Shown here: piece after piece, positions 38,570-47,975 of the stretch
Layout of the letters: each line of letters starts with the position of its first letter
Numbering within the stretch: the first letter of the stretch is position 1
Assembly: GCA_035305585.1 (NCBI GenBank)
Contig: DATGOV010000002.1
Span: forward strand, 2,476-66,475
Direction: 5' to 3'
Length of the DNA: 64,000 bases
Source of the DNA: Acidimicrobiia bacterium
GTDB lineage: Bacteria > Actinomycetota > Acidimicrobiia > Spongiisociales > ZC4RG35
Position numbers and translations under genes: made by a program
The notes under the pieces: generated by a model
What the model saw: only the letters and a program-made list of their open reading frames with translations
Told to the model about the DNA's origin: nothing
The model's database searches: none

Positions 38570-38653
38570 CGTCGGTCGGCGGTCGCCAGTCACAGCCTCG
38601 CATCTTCCCACACCGGCGCCGTAGCGGGAGTAGGGGAACCACTGCCCCACCCG

Positions 38654-38659
38654 TACAAT
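38654..38659 (+). promoter_or_regulatory. -10-like hexamer TACAAT placed for a leaderless M16 peptidase mRNA
   Basis: TACAAT ends 6 nt before the ATG at 38666, with no Shine-Dalgarno sequence in between. Confidence 0.35.
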
Positions 38660-38665
38660 CCCTGT

Positions 38666-39919
38666 ATGCACTACGACCTCACCGTCCTCCCCAACGGTCT
38701 CCGCGTGATCACGGAGGAGATGCCCTCGCTGCGGTCGGTCGCGGTGGGCTGTTGGGTGGACACCGGCACCCGCGATGAGCTCCCCAGTGAGGCGGGCGCC
38801 TCCCATTTCCTCGAGCACCTGCTGTTCAAGGGCTCCGAGACGATGTCGGCGCGCGACATCGCCGAGACCTTCGACTCCCTGGGGGCCGAGTCGAACGCGT
38901 TCACCTCCAAGGACTACACCTGCTTCTGGGCCCGGCTTCTCGACCAGGACCTGCCCACCGGTCTCGGGGTCCTCGCCGAGATGATCCAGCGGCCCGCCTT
39001 CCGCGACCGCGACATCGACGCCGAGCGCTCCGTGGTGGTCGAGGAGATCAACATGAACGAGGACGACCCCTCCGACGTCGCCTTCGAGCAGTTCACCCAG
39101 GCCGTCTTCGAGGGTCATCCCCTGGAGCGCCCGGTCCTCGGCACGAGGGATTCGATCCGGAACATGACCCGCGACGACATCGCCGGCTACTGGAACCGCC
39201 GCTACACGCCTTCCTCGACGGTGGTGGCGATGGCCGGTTCGGTCGAGCACGAGGAGGTCGTGAAGCTAGTGGACTCGATCTTCGGGGAGTGGGAGGGCGC
39301 CGCCACCAGCCACGAGGCGGCCCCGGTGGCGCCTCGCCCACACGTGCGCCTCGTTGCGCGTGACACCGAACAAGCCCACATCGTCATCGGGGGAGAGGGG
39401 ATCGACCGCGCCGACGAACGCCGCTGGGCGTTCCAGGTCCTCCACCACGTCCTCGGCGGAGGCATGTCGTCGCGGCTGTTCGACGAGATCCGCGAACAGC
39501 GGGGTCTGGCCTACGCCGTCTACAGCTTCCGCATGTCACATGCCGATGCCGGAGCCTGGGGCGTCTATGTGGGCACCACTCCCGCTCAGGCGGAGACCGC
39601 CCTCGAGTTGATAGTGGCCGAGGTCGACAAGGTGGTGAAGGAAGGGATCACGGCCGACGAGCTCGAGCGGGCCAAGGGAGCCATGCGCGGCGGCCTGGCT
39701 CTGTCCCTCGAGGACGCCAACAGTCGCATGGTGCGACTCGGACGCGACGAACTCATCGGCGCACCTCACTACTCGGTCGACGAGCGGCTGGCGATGATCG
39801 ACGCCGTCACCCTCGACGACATCCAGACGGTTGCGGCCGAGATCATGACCGGGCCGCTGGTCATCGGTGCCGTCGGCCCGTTCTCGGAAGGCGAGCTGGA
39901 CCGGTTCGTCGCCGCTTGA
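38666..39919 (+). CDS. M16 family (pitrilysin-like) zinc peptidase
   Basis: Inverted zinc motif HxxEH (GASHFLEHLLFKG) about 50 aa from the N-terminus. 417 aa. Only the C-terminal third of ORF 36542..39919 is used. Confidence 0.85.
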   Translation: MHYDLTVLPNGLRVITEEMPSLRSVAVGCWVDTGTRDELPSEAGASHFLEHLLFKGSETMSARDIAETFDSLGAESNAFTSKDYTCFWARLLDQDLPTGLGVLAEMIQRPAFRDRDIDAERSVVVEEINMNEDDPSDVAFEQFTQAVFEGHPLERPVLGTRDSIRNMTRDDIAGYWNRRYTPSSTVVAMAGSVEHEEVVKLVDSIFGEWEGAATSHEAAPVAPRPHVRLVARDTEQAHIVIGGEGIDRADERRWAFQVLHHVLGGGMSSRLFDEIREQRGLAYAVYSFRMSHADAGAWGVYVGTTPAQAETALELIVAEVDKVVKEGITADELERAKGAMRGGLALSLEDANSRMVRLGRDELIGAPHYSVDERLAMIDAVTLDDIQTVAAEIMTGPLVIGAVGPFSEGELDRFVAA

Positions 39920-39920
39920 G

Positions 39921-40427
39921 TCAGCCTTCGACTATCTCCACGGAGCGGATGACGGCGTCTTCTCGCGGTCGCTCGCCGTCGAGCTCCAGCCCGGCGATGG
40001 CATCGACCGTCTCCATCCCCTCGCGCACACGGCCGAAGATCGTGTAGGCGTGGGGCAGGCCCACGTCCTCGAGACAGATGAAGAACTGGCTGCCGTTGGT
40101 ATTGGGACCGGCATTGGCCATCGCCACGGTGCCACGGGCATACCGACCCTCCCCCTCGAGCTCGTCGCGGAAGCGGTAGCCCGGGCCGCCCCTGCCGGTG
40201 CCGGTCGGATCGCCGCCCTGGACCACGAAACCGGGCACCACACGGTGGAAGATGACACCGTCGTAGAAGCCGTCCCGGGCGAGGAAGACGAAGTTGTTCA
40301 CGGTCAGCGGGGCTCGGACGGCGTCGAGGTCGATCACGACTTCACCCAGGTTCGTGTCGAGGAGTGCGGAGTAGCTGGTGTCGAGGTCGATCGTCAGATC
40401 GGGCGGGCTGTCGTACTGTTTGGCCAC
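39921..40427 (-). CDS. peptidyl-prolyl cis-trans isomerase, cyclophilin type
   Basis: FHRVVPGFVVQGGDPTGTGRGGPGY and MANAGPNTNGSQFFI cyclophilin blocks. Confidence 0.9.
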   Translation of the reverse strand: MAKQYDSPPDLTIDLDTSYSALLDTNLGEVVIDLDAVRAPLTVNNFVFLARDGFYDGVIFHRVVPGFVVQGGDPTGTGRGGPGYRFRDELEGEGRYARGTVAMANAGPNTNGSQFFICLEDVGLPHAYTIFGRVREGMETVDAIAGLELDGERPREDAVIRSVEIVEG

Positions 40428-40560
40428 GGGTCCTCCTGTTCGGGCGGCCGGTCCCCCAGATTGCCAGGGTCGGGATCACTGATCGAACCAGAGAGGCGGG
40501 CATCCGGGACAGGGTGAGTAACGTGGGAGTCGCCCGCAGAACCGCGACCCGGGCGAAGCG

Positions 40561-41460
40561 ATGTCTGATTCAACACCTTTCGGTCGTGTCCTCACCGCAA
40601 TGATCACTCCGTTCACCGACGCCGGCGAGGTGGACCACGAGAGAGCCTGGAGGCTGGCCCGGTATCTCGCCGATCACGGTTCCGACGGGCTGGTCGTGAC
40701 CGGCACCACCGGGGAGTCGCCCACGCTCACCTCCGAGGAGAAGGTGGCGCTCTACCGCACCGTGGTGGAAGCGGTGGAGAACAAGGAGACCAAGGTCGTC
40801 GCCGGCACCGGCACCTACGACACCGCCGAATCCGTCGAGCTGACCGAGAGGGCGGTGGAAGCCGGCGTGGACGCCGTGATGGCGGTCACGCCCTACTACT
40901 CCAAACCCGGTCAGGAAGGCCTCGCCCGCCACTTCGAAGCGATCGCCGACGCTTCCGATGTGCCGGTCATCGTCTACAACATCCCCGGCCGCACGGGTCG
41001 CCTCATCGAGGTGGACACCCTCCGGCGGCTCGCCCGCCACCCGCGCATCGTGGCGACCAAGGACGCCGTGATGGACATCGACTTCACCTCGAAGACCGTC
41101 GCCGAGGTTCCCGAGCTAGCGGTGTACTCCGGCCAGGATTCCTACACGCTGGCGATGATGGCGGTCGGCGCCATCGGCGTGATCTCGGTCGTCAGCCATC
41201 TGGCGGGAGACCAGGTGGCCGAGATGGTGGATGCCGCCGCCGCGGGCGACGTTGCCCGGGCTCGAGCGCTCCATCTCTCCCTCCTCCCGTTGTGCGAAGC
41301 GTGCTTCATCGAGACGAATCCCCAGCCGGTCAAGGCGGCCATGTCGGCTCTGTGGGAGCCGGTCGGGGAGCCCCGTCTCCCGCTGGTACCGGCCGCGCAC
41401 GAGACGGTGGCGGCCATCGAGAAGGCCATGGCGAATCTCCGGTCGACCGTCGAGGGCTGA
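40561..41460 (+). CDS. dapA: 4-hydroxy-tetrahydrodipicolinate synthase
   Basis: AMITPF...GLVVTGTTGESPTLT...TGTYDT...YYSKP...IVYNIPGRTG...KDA, canonical DapA blocks. Confidence 0.95.
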   Translation: MSDSTPFGRVLTAMITPFTDAGEVDHERAWRLARYLADHGSDGLVVTGTTGESPTLTSEEKVALYRTVVEAVENKETKVVAGTGTYDTAESVELTERAVEAGVDAVMAVTPYYSKPGQEGLARHFEAIADASDVPVIVYNIPGRTGRLIEVDTLRRLARHPRIVATKDAVMDIDFTSKTVAEVPELAVYSGQDSYTLAMMAVGAIGVISVVSHLAGDQVAEMVDAAAAGDVARARALHLSLLPLCEACFIETNPQPVKAAMSALWEPVGEPRLPLVPAAHETVAAIEKAMANLRSTVEG

Positions 41461-43094
41461 TGGCAGTATCCATCACTTTTCTCGGAGGCCTGGGCGAGAT
41501 AGGGCGCAACTGCGCCGCCCTCGAGGTCGACGGTCGGATCTGCCTGATCGACTGCGGCCTGATGTTCCCCGAAGAGGACATGCTCGGCGTCGACCTCGTG
41601 TTCCCCGACTGGTCGTGGCTGCTCGAGCGCCGCGACGACGTCGACTTCGTGGTCCTCACGCACGGCCACGAAGACCACATGGGGGCGCTGGCCTACTTCC
41701 TGCGGGACATAGACGTGCCGGTGTACGGGTCGCGTCTCGCCCTCGAGTTCGCCCGAGGCCGCATCGAGGAGATGGGCATAACCCCGGCATTGCATCCGGT
41801 GCCGTTGGGGGAGTGGCGCAAACACGGGAAGTTCCGCTTCAAGCTGATCCGCGTGAGCCATTCCATCCCCGATGCGACCGCGGTCGCCTTCGACACTCCC
41901 GAGGGGATCGTCCTCCATTCCGGGGACTTCAAGCTCGACCCGACGCCCATCGATTCCCAGCCAACGGATCTCCCCTCATTCGCGGAACTCGGCCGCCAGG
42001 GTGTCCGACTCCTCCTCTCCGACTCGACCAACGCCGAGGTGCCCGGTTTCGTCCCCTCCGAGTCGTCGCTGCGGGAGCCGATCGCCGACGCGGTGGCTTC
42101 CGCTCCCGGCCGCGTCATCGCCGCCTGCTTCTCGTCCCACGTGCATCGTGTCCAACAGATCGTCGACGCCGGCATCGCCGCCGGTCGCCAGATCGCGTTC
42201 TTCGGCCGGTCGATGCATCGCTACACCACGGTGGCGGTGGAGCACGGGTTCCTCGAGCTGCCCGAGGAGCGCGTCGTCGACATCCGCGACCTGCTCGAAC
42301 TCCCGCCCGAGAAGCAGCTGCTGATAACGACCGGCTCCCAGGGAGAGCCGTTCGCTGCCTTGTCCCTGATGTCGCGGGGCCGCCACAAGTTCGTGGAGGT
42401 GACGGAAGGCGACACGATCCTCATATCAGCCAAGCCGATTCCCGGCAACGAAACCGCCGTCTCCAAGGTCATCAGCCGCCTGTTGCGTCTGGGAGCGCGG
42501 GTGGTCCACGGCGGCAACGCTCCCGTCCACGTGTCGGGACACGCCGCCCGGGAGGAGCTGTTGACGTTCTTGAATGTGGTGCGGCCGCAGGCGTTCGTTC
42601 CCATCCACGGCGAATACCGTCATCTTCTGGCGCACGCCGAGCTGGCCCGGGCGATGGCGGTGCCGGAAGTCGACGTCCTGGAGGACGGGGACCGGGTGAT
42701 CCTCGACGGCCGCGTCACGAAGGTGCAGCGCCAGGCCGTGCCCGCGGGATACGTCTATCTCGACGGCGCCAGCTACGGCGACGTGAAGAACGCGGTGCTG
42801 CGGGACCGCAGCCACCTCGCCGATGAAGGCGTCGTGGTCGTGACCGTGGGCGTCGACCGGGATGCCAACATCGTCTACGGGCCCGATCTCGACAGCCACG
42901 GGTTGATGGACGACCCCGAGCTCGTCCTCGGGAAGGCGGCGGAAGCGGTTCGCCAAGCCGTTGCGGAGGGCATAGATGGAGCCGAGGACGCCATCTCGGG
43001 GATCCAGCGTGTGGTCCGCCAAGCCACGGCACGCGTCATCCGTCAAGAGGTTGCCCGCAAGCCGGTGATCATCCCCGTCGTCTTCCAGCTCTGA
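41460..43094 (+). CDS. rnj: ribonuclease J
   Basis: FLGGLGEIGRNC...LTHGHEDHMGAL (beta-lactamase/beta-CASP) ...HVSGHA. The ATG at 41460 overlaps the dapA TGA. Confidence 0.9.
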   Translation: MAVSITFLGGLGEIGRNCAALEVDGRICLIDCGLMFPEEDMLGVDLVFPDWSWLLERRDDVDFVVLTHGHEDHMGALAYFLRDIDVPVYGSRLALEFARGRIEEMGITPALHPVPLGEWRKHGKFRFKLIRVSHSIPDATAVAFDTPEGIVLHSGDFKLDPTPIDSQPTDLPSFAELGRQGVRLLLSDSTNAEVPGFVPSESSLREPIADAVASAPGRVIAACFSSHVHRVQQIVDAGIAAGRQIAFFGRSMHRYTTVAVEHGFLELPEERVVDIRDLLELPPEKQLLITTGSQGEPFAALSLMSRGRHKFVEVTEGDTILISAKPIPGNETAVSKVISRLLRLGARVVHGGNAPVHVSGHAAREELLTFLNVVRPQAFVPIHGEYRHLLAHAELARAMAVPEVDVLEDGDRVILDGRVTKVQRQAVPAGYVYLDGASYGDVKNAVLRDRSHLADEGVVVVTVGVDRDANIVYGPDLDSHGLMDDPELVLGKAAEAVRQAVAEGIDGAEDAISGIQRVVRQATARVIRQEVARKPVIIPVVFQL

Positions 43095-43132
43095 AGGTCG
43101 CTGCCACCTCACCGTCACGGGGGCGGGTAGCG

Positions 43133-43570
43133 TTGTCGACTCTCCGCGAGAAAGGGATAGGTATGCGCAAGGCAGCCTCGATCGGCGCCATCGTCCTGGG
43201 GATACTCCTGATCGCCGGCGGCGCGGGAACGTGGTTCATGGTCTCGAACACGCTCGCTGAACAACGCATCACCACCCCCGATGACGCGTGCCTGCCGGGC
43301 CGCACGGTGGCCGACCCGTTCACCGCCTACTGCCAGGCCCGGGTGATCCAGAAGCACACGCTCGACGCCACCGGCGGGAAGACGTACGCCGAGCTCGACC
43401 GCGAAGACCCGCTGCGAGAGACGGCGATGAACTCGTCGTTCCTCCAGGCATCCCTGTTCACCTCGATCGTCGCGTTCGGGGTGGCGGCGATGGCCGCCGG
43501 CATGGGGGTCATCTTCATCCTCATCGGCCTCGGGATACGCGACGTGGCGGTCAGAACCGGCGCCGAATAG
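43133..43570 (+). CDS. hypothetical membrane protein
   Basis: Two TM segments flank a soluble loop. An internal ATG at 43163 (MRKAAS) is an alternative start. Confidence 0.45.
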   Translation: MSTLREKGIGMRKAASIGAIVLGILLIAGGAGTWFMVSNTLAEQRITTPDDACLPGRTVADPFTAYCQARVIQKHTLDATGGKTYAELDREDPLRETAMNSSFLQASLFTSIVAFGVAAMAAGMGVIFILIGLGIRDVAVRTGAE

Positions 43571-43635
43571 GCATCCTCCGCGGGTCAGCGAGCATCGTTG
43601 GCGCACGTCGCCTGCGTCACTAATGTGCGTTCCCC

Positions 43636-45921
43636 ATGCCATCCCGGAAATCCACCCGCCGGGGGGCATCAGGGCGGAAACGGGTGGCACCCAAGAAGAA
43701 AACTGCAAACAAGCGTCGCGCCTCCCGCACACGGACCCGGACTCCACTGCTGGCGAGTCTCCGTGAGTGGGCGCGCCGCCTACTCGGACGTCAGGCTGAC
43801 GACGTCTGGGGGGTGGTGCTCATCGTGGCCGCCATCCTCTTCGTCCTCGGCTTCGTCGGTCAGGCCGGCCCGGTGGGTCGGGGGCTGGAGACTGGTGCCG
43901 GCTTCCTGTTCGGAGTCTGGCGCTACCTCGTGCCCGTGGCGCTGGCGGGCATCGGCTGGGCGCTGATCGCCGGCAGACCTCGCGACGGGGCGGGCCGGCT
44001 CGTCGCCGGTGTCGCCACGACGTTCATCGGCACGGTGGCGCTCTTCCATCTGCTCACCGGCCGGGTCTCGCTGGCCGCCGATCTGGCGCTCGTGCAGCGG
44101 AGAGGAGGAGCGGTGGGAGCGCTCCTGGCGTTCCCGCTCGCCCGCATCCTCGGCATGTGGGGAGCGTTCGTGGTGCTCGCTTCGCTCGTGGCCGTCGGCG
44201 TACTCGTCATGACCCGCACGTCGGTGAAGGAACTGGTTGCAGGTGTCGCCGATCTCGGCCGCTCCCTTCGGCGGATGGCGGCCGAGTTGGGCTCCGAACG
44301 CCAGCCTGCGCCCGCGGGCCGTCACGCCACCCGTCGTCGCCGCCCACCGCGGGTGGAACCTCCGCCGACCCCGCGGGCGGTCATCGAGGAGCAACCGGAG
44401 CCGAAGCCGGCGCCCAAGCCGAAGAAGGCCAAGACTCCGCCGATGAAGCCGGCGACGACGCCGACGGGCTACAGCCTGCCCCCGCTCGACCTGCTGCAGC
44501 TGGGAGGCGGAGGCGAGCAGAACAAGCGAGTGCTCGAGGAGACGGCTCGCCAGCTCGAGGACACTCTCCATCAGCACGGAGTGGAGGCGACGCTCACCAA
44601 GATCGTCCCCGGCCCGACCGTCACCCGTTTCGAGATCGAGCTGGCGCCCGGGGTCAAGGTCAACCGTGTCTCCAACCTGTCCCACGACATCGCCTACGCC
44701 CTGGCAACACCCGACGTGAGGCTGCTGGTGCCGATACCCGGCAAGTCGGCGATCGGTGTGGAGGTGCCCAACCGGAGTCGCCGGATGGTGACACTCGGTG
44801 ACATTCTCCGGTCCGGTGAGGCGGCTCGGGAGACGCATCCGCTGACGGTCGGCCTCGGCATGGACATCAGTGGCCGGGCCAAGCTCCTCAACTTGGCGGA
44901 GCTGCCTCACGTCCTCATCGCCGGCGCCACCGGGGCCGGGAAGTCGTCGTGCATCAACTCGATCGTCACGTCGCTCCTGATGCGGACGACACCCGACGAC
45001 GTCCGTCTCATCATGGTCGACCCGAAGCGTGTCGAACTCGGCCAGTACAACGGTGTGCCCCATCTGCTGACTCGGGTGATCACGAACCCGAAGAAGGCCG
45101 CCGACGCCTTGAAGTGGGCGGTGGCAGAGATGGATCGCCGCTACGACCTCCTCGCCGATGCCAAGGTCCGCGACATCATCGGATATCGGGAGAAGCTCGA
45201 CGCCGGAAAGCTGGACCCCGAGGCTTTCGACCGCTTCCCGTACGTCGTCGTGATTGTCGACGAGCTCAACGACTTGATGATGGTCGCCGGACGGGAAGTG
45301 GAGGAGGCCATCGTTCGCATCGCCCAGATGGCACGGGCGGTCGGCATCCATCTGGTCATCGCCACCCAGCGTCCGTCCGTCGACGTCATCACCGGCGTCA
45401 TCAAGGCGAACATCCCCTCCCGCCTCGCCTTCTCCGTGGCATCCCAGACCGACAGCCGGGTGATCATCGACGGTGCCGGGGCCGAAAAGCTCATCGGAAT
45501 GGGCGACATGCTGGTGATCACCGCCAAGGAGCCCCGCCCACAGCGGATCCAAGGGGCCTGGGTGTCGGAGGAGGAGGTCCACTCCGTCGTCGAATGGGTC
45601 AAGGAGCAGCGTGAGGCCGAATATCGGGACAAGGAGGTGCTGGCGGCCGCCGAGGCGGCGGCTGCTCGGGCCGCCGAGGAGGACGACGAGGACGAGGAAC
45701 TCGTACGGCGGGCGATGATCGAAGTGGTCCGAAGCCAGCTCGGCTCGACATCGATGCTGCAGCGGAAGCTGCGGATCGGCTTCGCCCGGGCGGGGAGGAT
45801 CATGGACATCCTCGAGAACCGCGGCATCGTGGGGCCGTCCCAGGGGTCGAAGGCCCGCGACGTGTTGATGACCGAGGAACAACTCGAGGAGTATCTGGCG
45901 GGCGAATCCGTCGATGCTTGA
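43636..45921 (+). CDS. ftsK: DNA translocase FtsK/SpoIIIE
   Basis: Basic N-terminus, four TM helices and a Pro-rich linker. Motor domain with GATGAGKSS Walker A, and a C-terminal winged-helix gamma domain (LQRKLRIGFARAGRIMD). Confidence 0.9.
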   Translation: MPSRKSTRRGASGRKRVAPKKKTANKRRASRTRTRTPLLASLREWARRLLGRQADDVWGVVLIVAAILFVLGFVGQAGPVGRGLETGAGFLFGVWRYLVPVALAGIGWALIAGRPRDGAGRLVAGVATTFIGTVALFHLLTGRVSLAADLALVQRRGGAVGALLAFPLARILGMWGAFVVLASLVAVGVLVMTRTSVKELVAGVADLGRSLRRMAAELGSERQPAPAGRHATRRRRPPRVEPPPTPRAVIEEQPEPKPAPKPKKAKTPPMKPATTPTGYSLPPLDLLQLGGGGEQNKRVLEETARQLEDTLHQHGVEATLTKIVPGPTVTRFEIELAPGVKVNRVSNLSHDIAYALATPDVRLLVPIPGKSAIGVEVPNRSRRMVTLGDILRSGEAARETHPLTVGLGMDISGRAKLLNLAELPHVLIAGATGAGKSSCINSIVTSLLMRTTPDDVRLIMVDPKRVELGQYNGVPHLLTRVITNPKKAADALKWAVAEMDRRYDLLADAKVRDIIGYREKLDAGKLDPEAFDRFPYVVVIVDELNDLMMVAGREVEEAIVRIAQMARAVGIHLVIATQRPSVDVITGVIKANIPSRLAFSVASQTDSRVIIDGAGAEKLIGMGDMLVITAKEPRPQRIQGAWVSEEEVHSVVEWVKEQREAEYRDKEVLAAAEAAAARAAEEDDEDEELVRRAMIEVVRSQLGSTSMLQRKLRIGFARAGRIMDILENRGIVGPSQGSKARDVLMTEEQLEEYLAGESVDA

Positions 45922-45972
45922 GACGTCTACTCTCCGGCCCGATGGCTGGAACCGAGAATTCGAGGTGAATCC

Positions 45973-47001
45973 GTGCGCCAGAGGCTGACGCCGAGTGGCG
46001 GACTCGACGGCGAGGCGCCCTTCGATCTCCAACTGACGAGGCGCCTGTACCGGGCGATGGTCTTCGCTCGCACCTATGACCGGAAGGGAATGGCGCTCCA
46101 GAAGCAGGGCCGGCTCGCCACCTATGCCCCGTTCGAGGGCCAAGAGGCGGCACAGATCGGCGCCGCGGCGGCGCTCGAGCCGAACGACTGGGTAGTGGCC
46201 ACCTACCGGGACGCCGCGCTCATGTGGGCCCAGGGATATCCGTGGGAGCTGCTGTTCGCCGGGCGGACCGGCGACGAGCGGGGTGGTTCGCCCCCGGAAC
46301 ACGTGCCAGTCATGCCTCCCTCGATCACGGTGGGCGGCCACATGGTCCACGCCGTCGGCCTCGCCTGGGCCGAGAAGCTGCAGGGAACGGACCGCATCGC
46401 CCTCACCTCGTTCGGTGACGGCGCGACGTCGGAGGGGGACTTCCACGAGGCGATGAACTTCGCCGCCGTCTACGAAGTGGGATGCGTCTTCTTCTGCCAG
46501 AACAACGGATGGGCCATCTCGCTGCCGCGGGAGCGCCAGACCAGGTCGGACACCATCGCCGAGAAGGCGATCGCCTACGGCATGCCCGGCGTCCAAGTCG
46601 ACGGCAACGACCTGTTCGCGGTCTACGAGACGGTGAAGGAGGCCGCCGACCGGGCCAGGAGCGGAGGCGGACCGACCCTGATCGAGGCCGTCACCTATCG
46701 CCGCGGGCCTCACACCACGAGCGACGACCCGAGCCGCTACCGCGACGCGTCCGAGGTGGAGGAGTGGGAGAGGCGCGACCCGCTGGAGCGGGTCAGGCTG
46801 TACCTGTCGGAGAACGACGCCTGGGACGAGGATTGGCAGAGCGCCATCGAAGCGGAGGCACAGGCGGAGATCGACCGGGCGATCGAGCTCGCCGAGCAGA
46901 TGCCCCCGCTGGAGCCGGGGGCGATCCTCGACGCCATGTTCGAGACCCTGCCGCCACATCTGGAGGCCCAGCGACGCCAGTTGGTGGAGGGTCTGGCATG
47001 A
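45973..47001 (+). CDS. TPP-dependent 2-oxoacid dehydrogenase E1 component, alpha subunit
   Basis: GDGATSEGDFHEAMNFAA TPP-binding block and YR...H..SDD block. Substrate (pyruvate vs branched-chain) cannot be called from sequence alone. Confidence 0.85.
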   Translation: MRQRLTPSGGLDGEAPFDLQLTRRLYRAMVFARTYDRKGMALQKQGRLATYAPFEGQEAAQIGAAAALEPNDWVVATYRDAALMWAQGYPWELLFAGRTGDERGGSPPEHVPVMPPSITVGGHMVHAVGLAWAEKLQGTDRIALTSFGDGATSEGDFHEAMNFAAVYEVGCVFFCQNNGWAISLPRERQTRSDTIAEKAIAYGMPGVQVDGNDLFAVYETVKEAADRARSGGGPTLIEAVTYRRGPHTTSDDPSRYRDASEVEEWERRDPLERVRLYLSENDAWDEDWQSAIEAEAQAEIDRAIELAEQMPPLEPGAILDAMFETLPPHLEAQRRQLVEGLA

Positions 47002-47975
47002 GAGTCCTCACCATGGCGAAGGCGCTGAACGACGCCCTCGACGTCGGCCTGGAGAAGGACTCCCACGTGCTGATCATGGGAGAAGACGTCGGGCGAACCG
47101 GCGGCGTGTTCCGGATCACTGACGGGCTCCACGAGAAGTACGGCGAGCATCGCGTCATCGACACCCCCGTGGCGGAGTCGGGCATCGTGGGGGTCGCCTT
47201 CGGCCTGGCGGTCGGAGGGATGCGGCCAGTGGCCGAGCTGCAGTTCATGGGCTTCTCGTATCCGGCCTTCGACCAGATCATCAGTCACGTCAGCCGGATC
47301 CGCAATCGCTCCCAACACCGCTTCACTGCCCCGATGGTGATCCGCATCCCCTACGGAGGCGGGATCGGGGCCGCCGAGCACCATTCCGAGTCGGCCGAGG
47401 CGATCTACGCCCACACGCCCGGCCTGAAGGTCGTCGTCCCGTCGACTCCTTACGACGCCAAGGGACTGTTGCTGGCTGCCATCGCCGACCCCGACCCGGT
47501 CGTGTTCTGCGAGCCGATCCGTCTCTATCGTGCGGTGAAAGAAGACGTGCCGGAAGGTTGGTACGAGGTGCCGATCGGTGAGGCACGAGTGGAACGGGAG
47601 GGGAACGACCTCACGCTCCTGAGTTGGGGGGCGATGATGATGGAGACCCGGAAAGCAGCCGTTCGCCTGGCGGAAGATGGCGTGTCGGCCGAAGTGATCG
47701 ACATCCGCAGCCTGGTCCCGTTCGATGCGGCCACGGTCGTCGCCTCGGTCGAGAAGACCGGCCGGGCCGTGATCGTCCACGAGGCACCGCGGACGGCAGG
47801 ATTCGGAGCGGAGGTGGCCGCCACGATCGCGGAGCATTGCCTGTACTCGCTGGAGGCGCCGATCGAGCGCGTCACGGGATGGGACAGCGTGTTCCCGCTG
47901 AAGCGGTCGGAGCACCAGTACATGCCTTCCGTGGAGCGCATCGTCGCCGCCGCCCGTCAGACGCTGGAGGCGTGA
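46998..47975 (+). CDS. 2-oxoacid dehydrogenase E1 component, beta subunit
   Basis: IMGEDVG..GGVFR.T.GL...RVIDTP.AE.GIVG typical E1-beta N-terminus. The ATG overlaps the E1-alpha TGA. Confidence 0.9.
   Translation: MRVLTMAKALNDALDVGLEKDSHVLIMGEDVGRTGGVFRITDGLHEKYGEHRVIDTPVAESGIVGVAFGLAVGGMRPVAELQFMGFSYPAFDQIISHVSRIRNRSQHRFTAPMVIRIPYGGGIGAAEHHSESAEAIYAHTPGLKVVVPSTPYDAKGLLLAAIADPDPVVFCEPIRLYRAVKEDVPEGWYEVPIGEARVEREGNDLTLLSWGAMMMETRKAAVRLAEDGVSAEVIDIRSLVPFDAATVVASVEKTGRAVIVHEAPRTAGFGAEVAATIAEHCLYSLEAPIERVTGWDSVFPLKRSEHQYMPSVERIVAAARQTLEA

Noticed and set aside
36542-38665. N-terminal two-thirds of the 1125-aa plus-strand ORF 36542..39919
   Set aside because: This part is antisense to the CobT-like/VWA gene and is Gly/Arg-rich. 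Only the segment from the ATG at 38666, with the HxxEH M16 motif near its N-terminus, looks like a real protein.
43780-46959. 1059-aa ORF on the minus strand, antisense to ftsK and the E1-alpha gene
   Set aside because: It is an Arg/Gly/Pro/His-rich, low-complexity translation with no recognisable domains. It lies fully antisense to two genes with canonical motifs, which is the typical shadow ORF of GC-rich DNA.
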